Positions 63,913 to 64,000 of a stretch of DNA of 64,000 bases are shown here, piece by piece (position 1 is the first letter of the stretch; every line of letters starts with the position of its first letter). Under the pieces are notes generated by a model. That model made no database searches and was not told the origin of the DNA. It worked only from the letters and a program-made list of their open reading frames with translations. The DNA comes from Desulfosoma sp. (GTDB lineage Bacteria > Desulfobacterota > Syntrophobacteria > Syntrophobacterales > DSM-9756). The translations under genes were made by a program, and so were the position numbers. The stretch lies in contig JBBFKW010000015.1 in assembly GCA_037481835.1 (NCBI GenBank), positions 61,228 to 125,227 on the forward strand, written 5' to 3'.

Positions 63913-64000
63913 ATGGCCGAGGAAAAGGAAAAGAAACAGAAGGCATACAATTTCCGGGATTTTTCCACGTGTGAAGCGACCATTCAGATGTTGCAGAAGG
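63913..64000 (+). CDS. N-terminus of a probable anaerobic CO dehydrogenase catalytic subunit (CooS-like), truncated by window end
   Basis: GGAGG RBS; MAEEKEKKQKAYNFRDFSTCEATIQMLQK resembles CooS N-termini; only 29 codons visible. Confidence 0.5.
   Translation, partial: MAEEKEKKQKAYNFRDFSTCEATIQMLQK

Overview
GC-rich bacterial chromosome segment. Gene content (Isf flavoprotein, ADP-forming acyl-CoA ligases, anaerobic-type cob genes, sigma-54 regulators, a probable CooS start) suggests an anaerobic Desulfobacterota/Syntrophobacteria-like organism; this is inference only. Most of the window is housekeeping or stress genes: hsp20, perR-katG, marR-isf-thioesterase, two acyl-CoA ligases plus a GNAT protein, an ArsA/Get3-like ATPase with a small partner, an ArnT-type transferase, cpxP/R/A, cbiA-cobQ-cbiB-cobD, ino1, ogt, a liu-like isovalerate operon, dnaK-cbpA-cbpM-clpB, sucAB-lpdA, lexA and an NtrC-type two-component pair. 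I recognised no rRNA, tRNA, CRISPR array or transposase. The main unexplained structure is intergenic. Six composite repeat islands are built from the same modules: a 32-bp GTAG REP, and MITE shells with 15-bp GAG..TGTC.GA.AA ends that carry different REP doublets, chain end to end at CTAG, and dock exactly on TAG stop codons. Also notable are a pair of paralogous 58/59-aa proteins (one missed by the ORF track), a 69-aa stand-alone DnaJ-type zinc-finger protein, two decayed toxin genes (PIN/DUF3368 and HicA), a 14-aa tandem-repeat nuclease-like protein, and a liu operon with no biotin carboxylase and a Cys-to-Gln lyase. All calls come from motif reading by eye; no searches were run.
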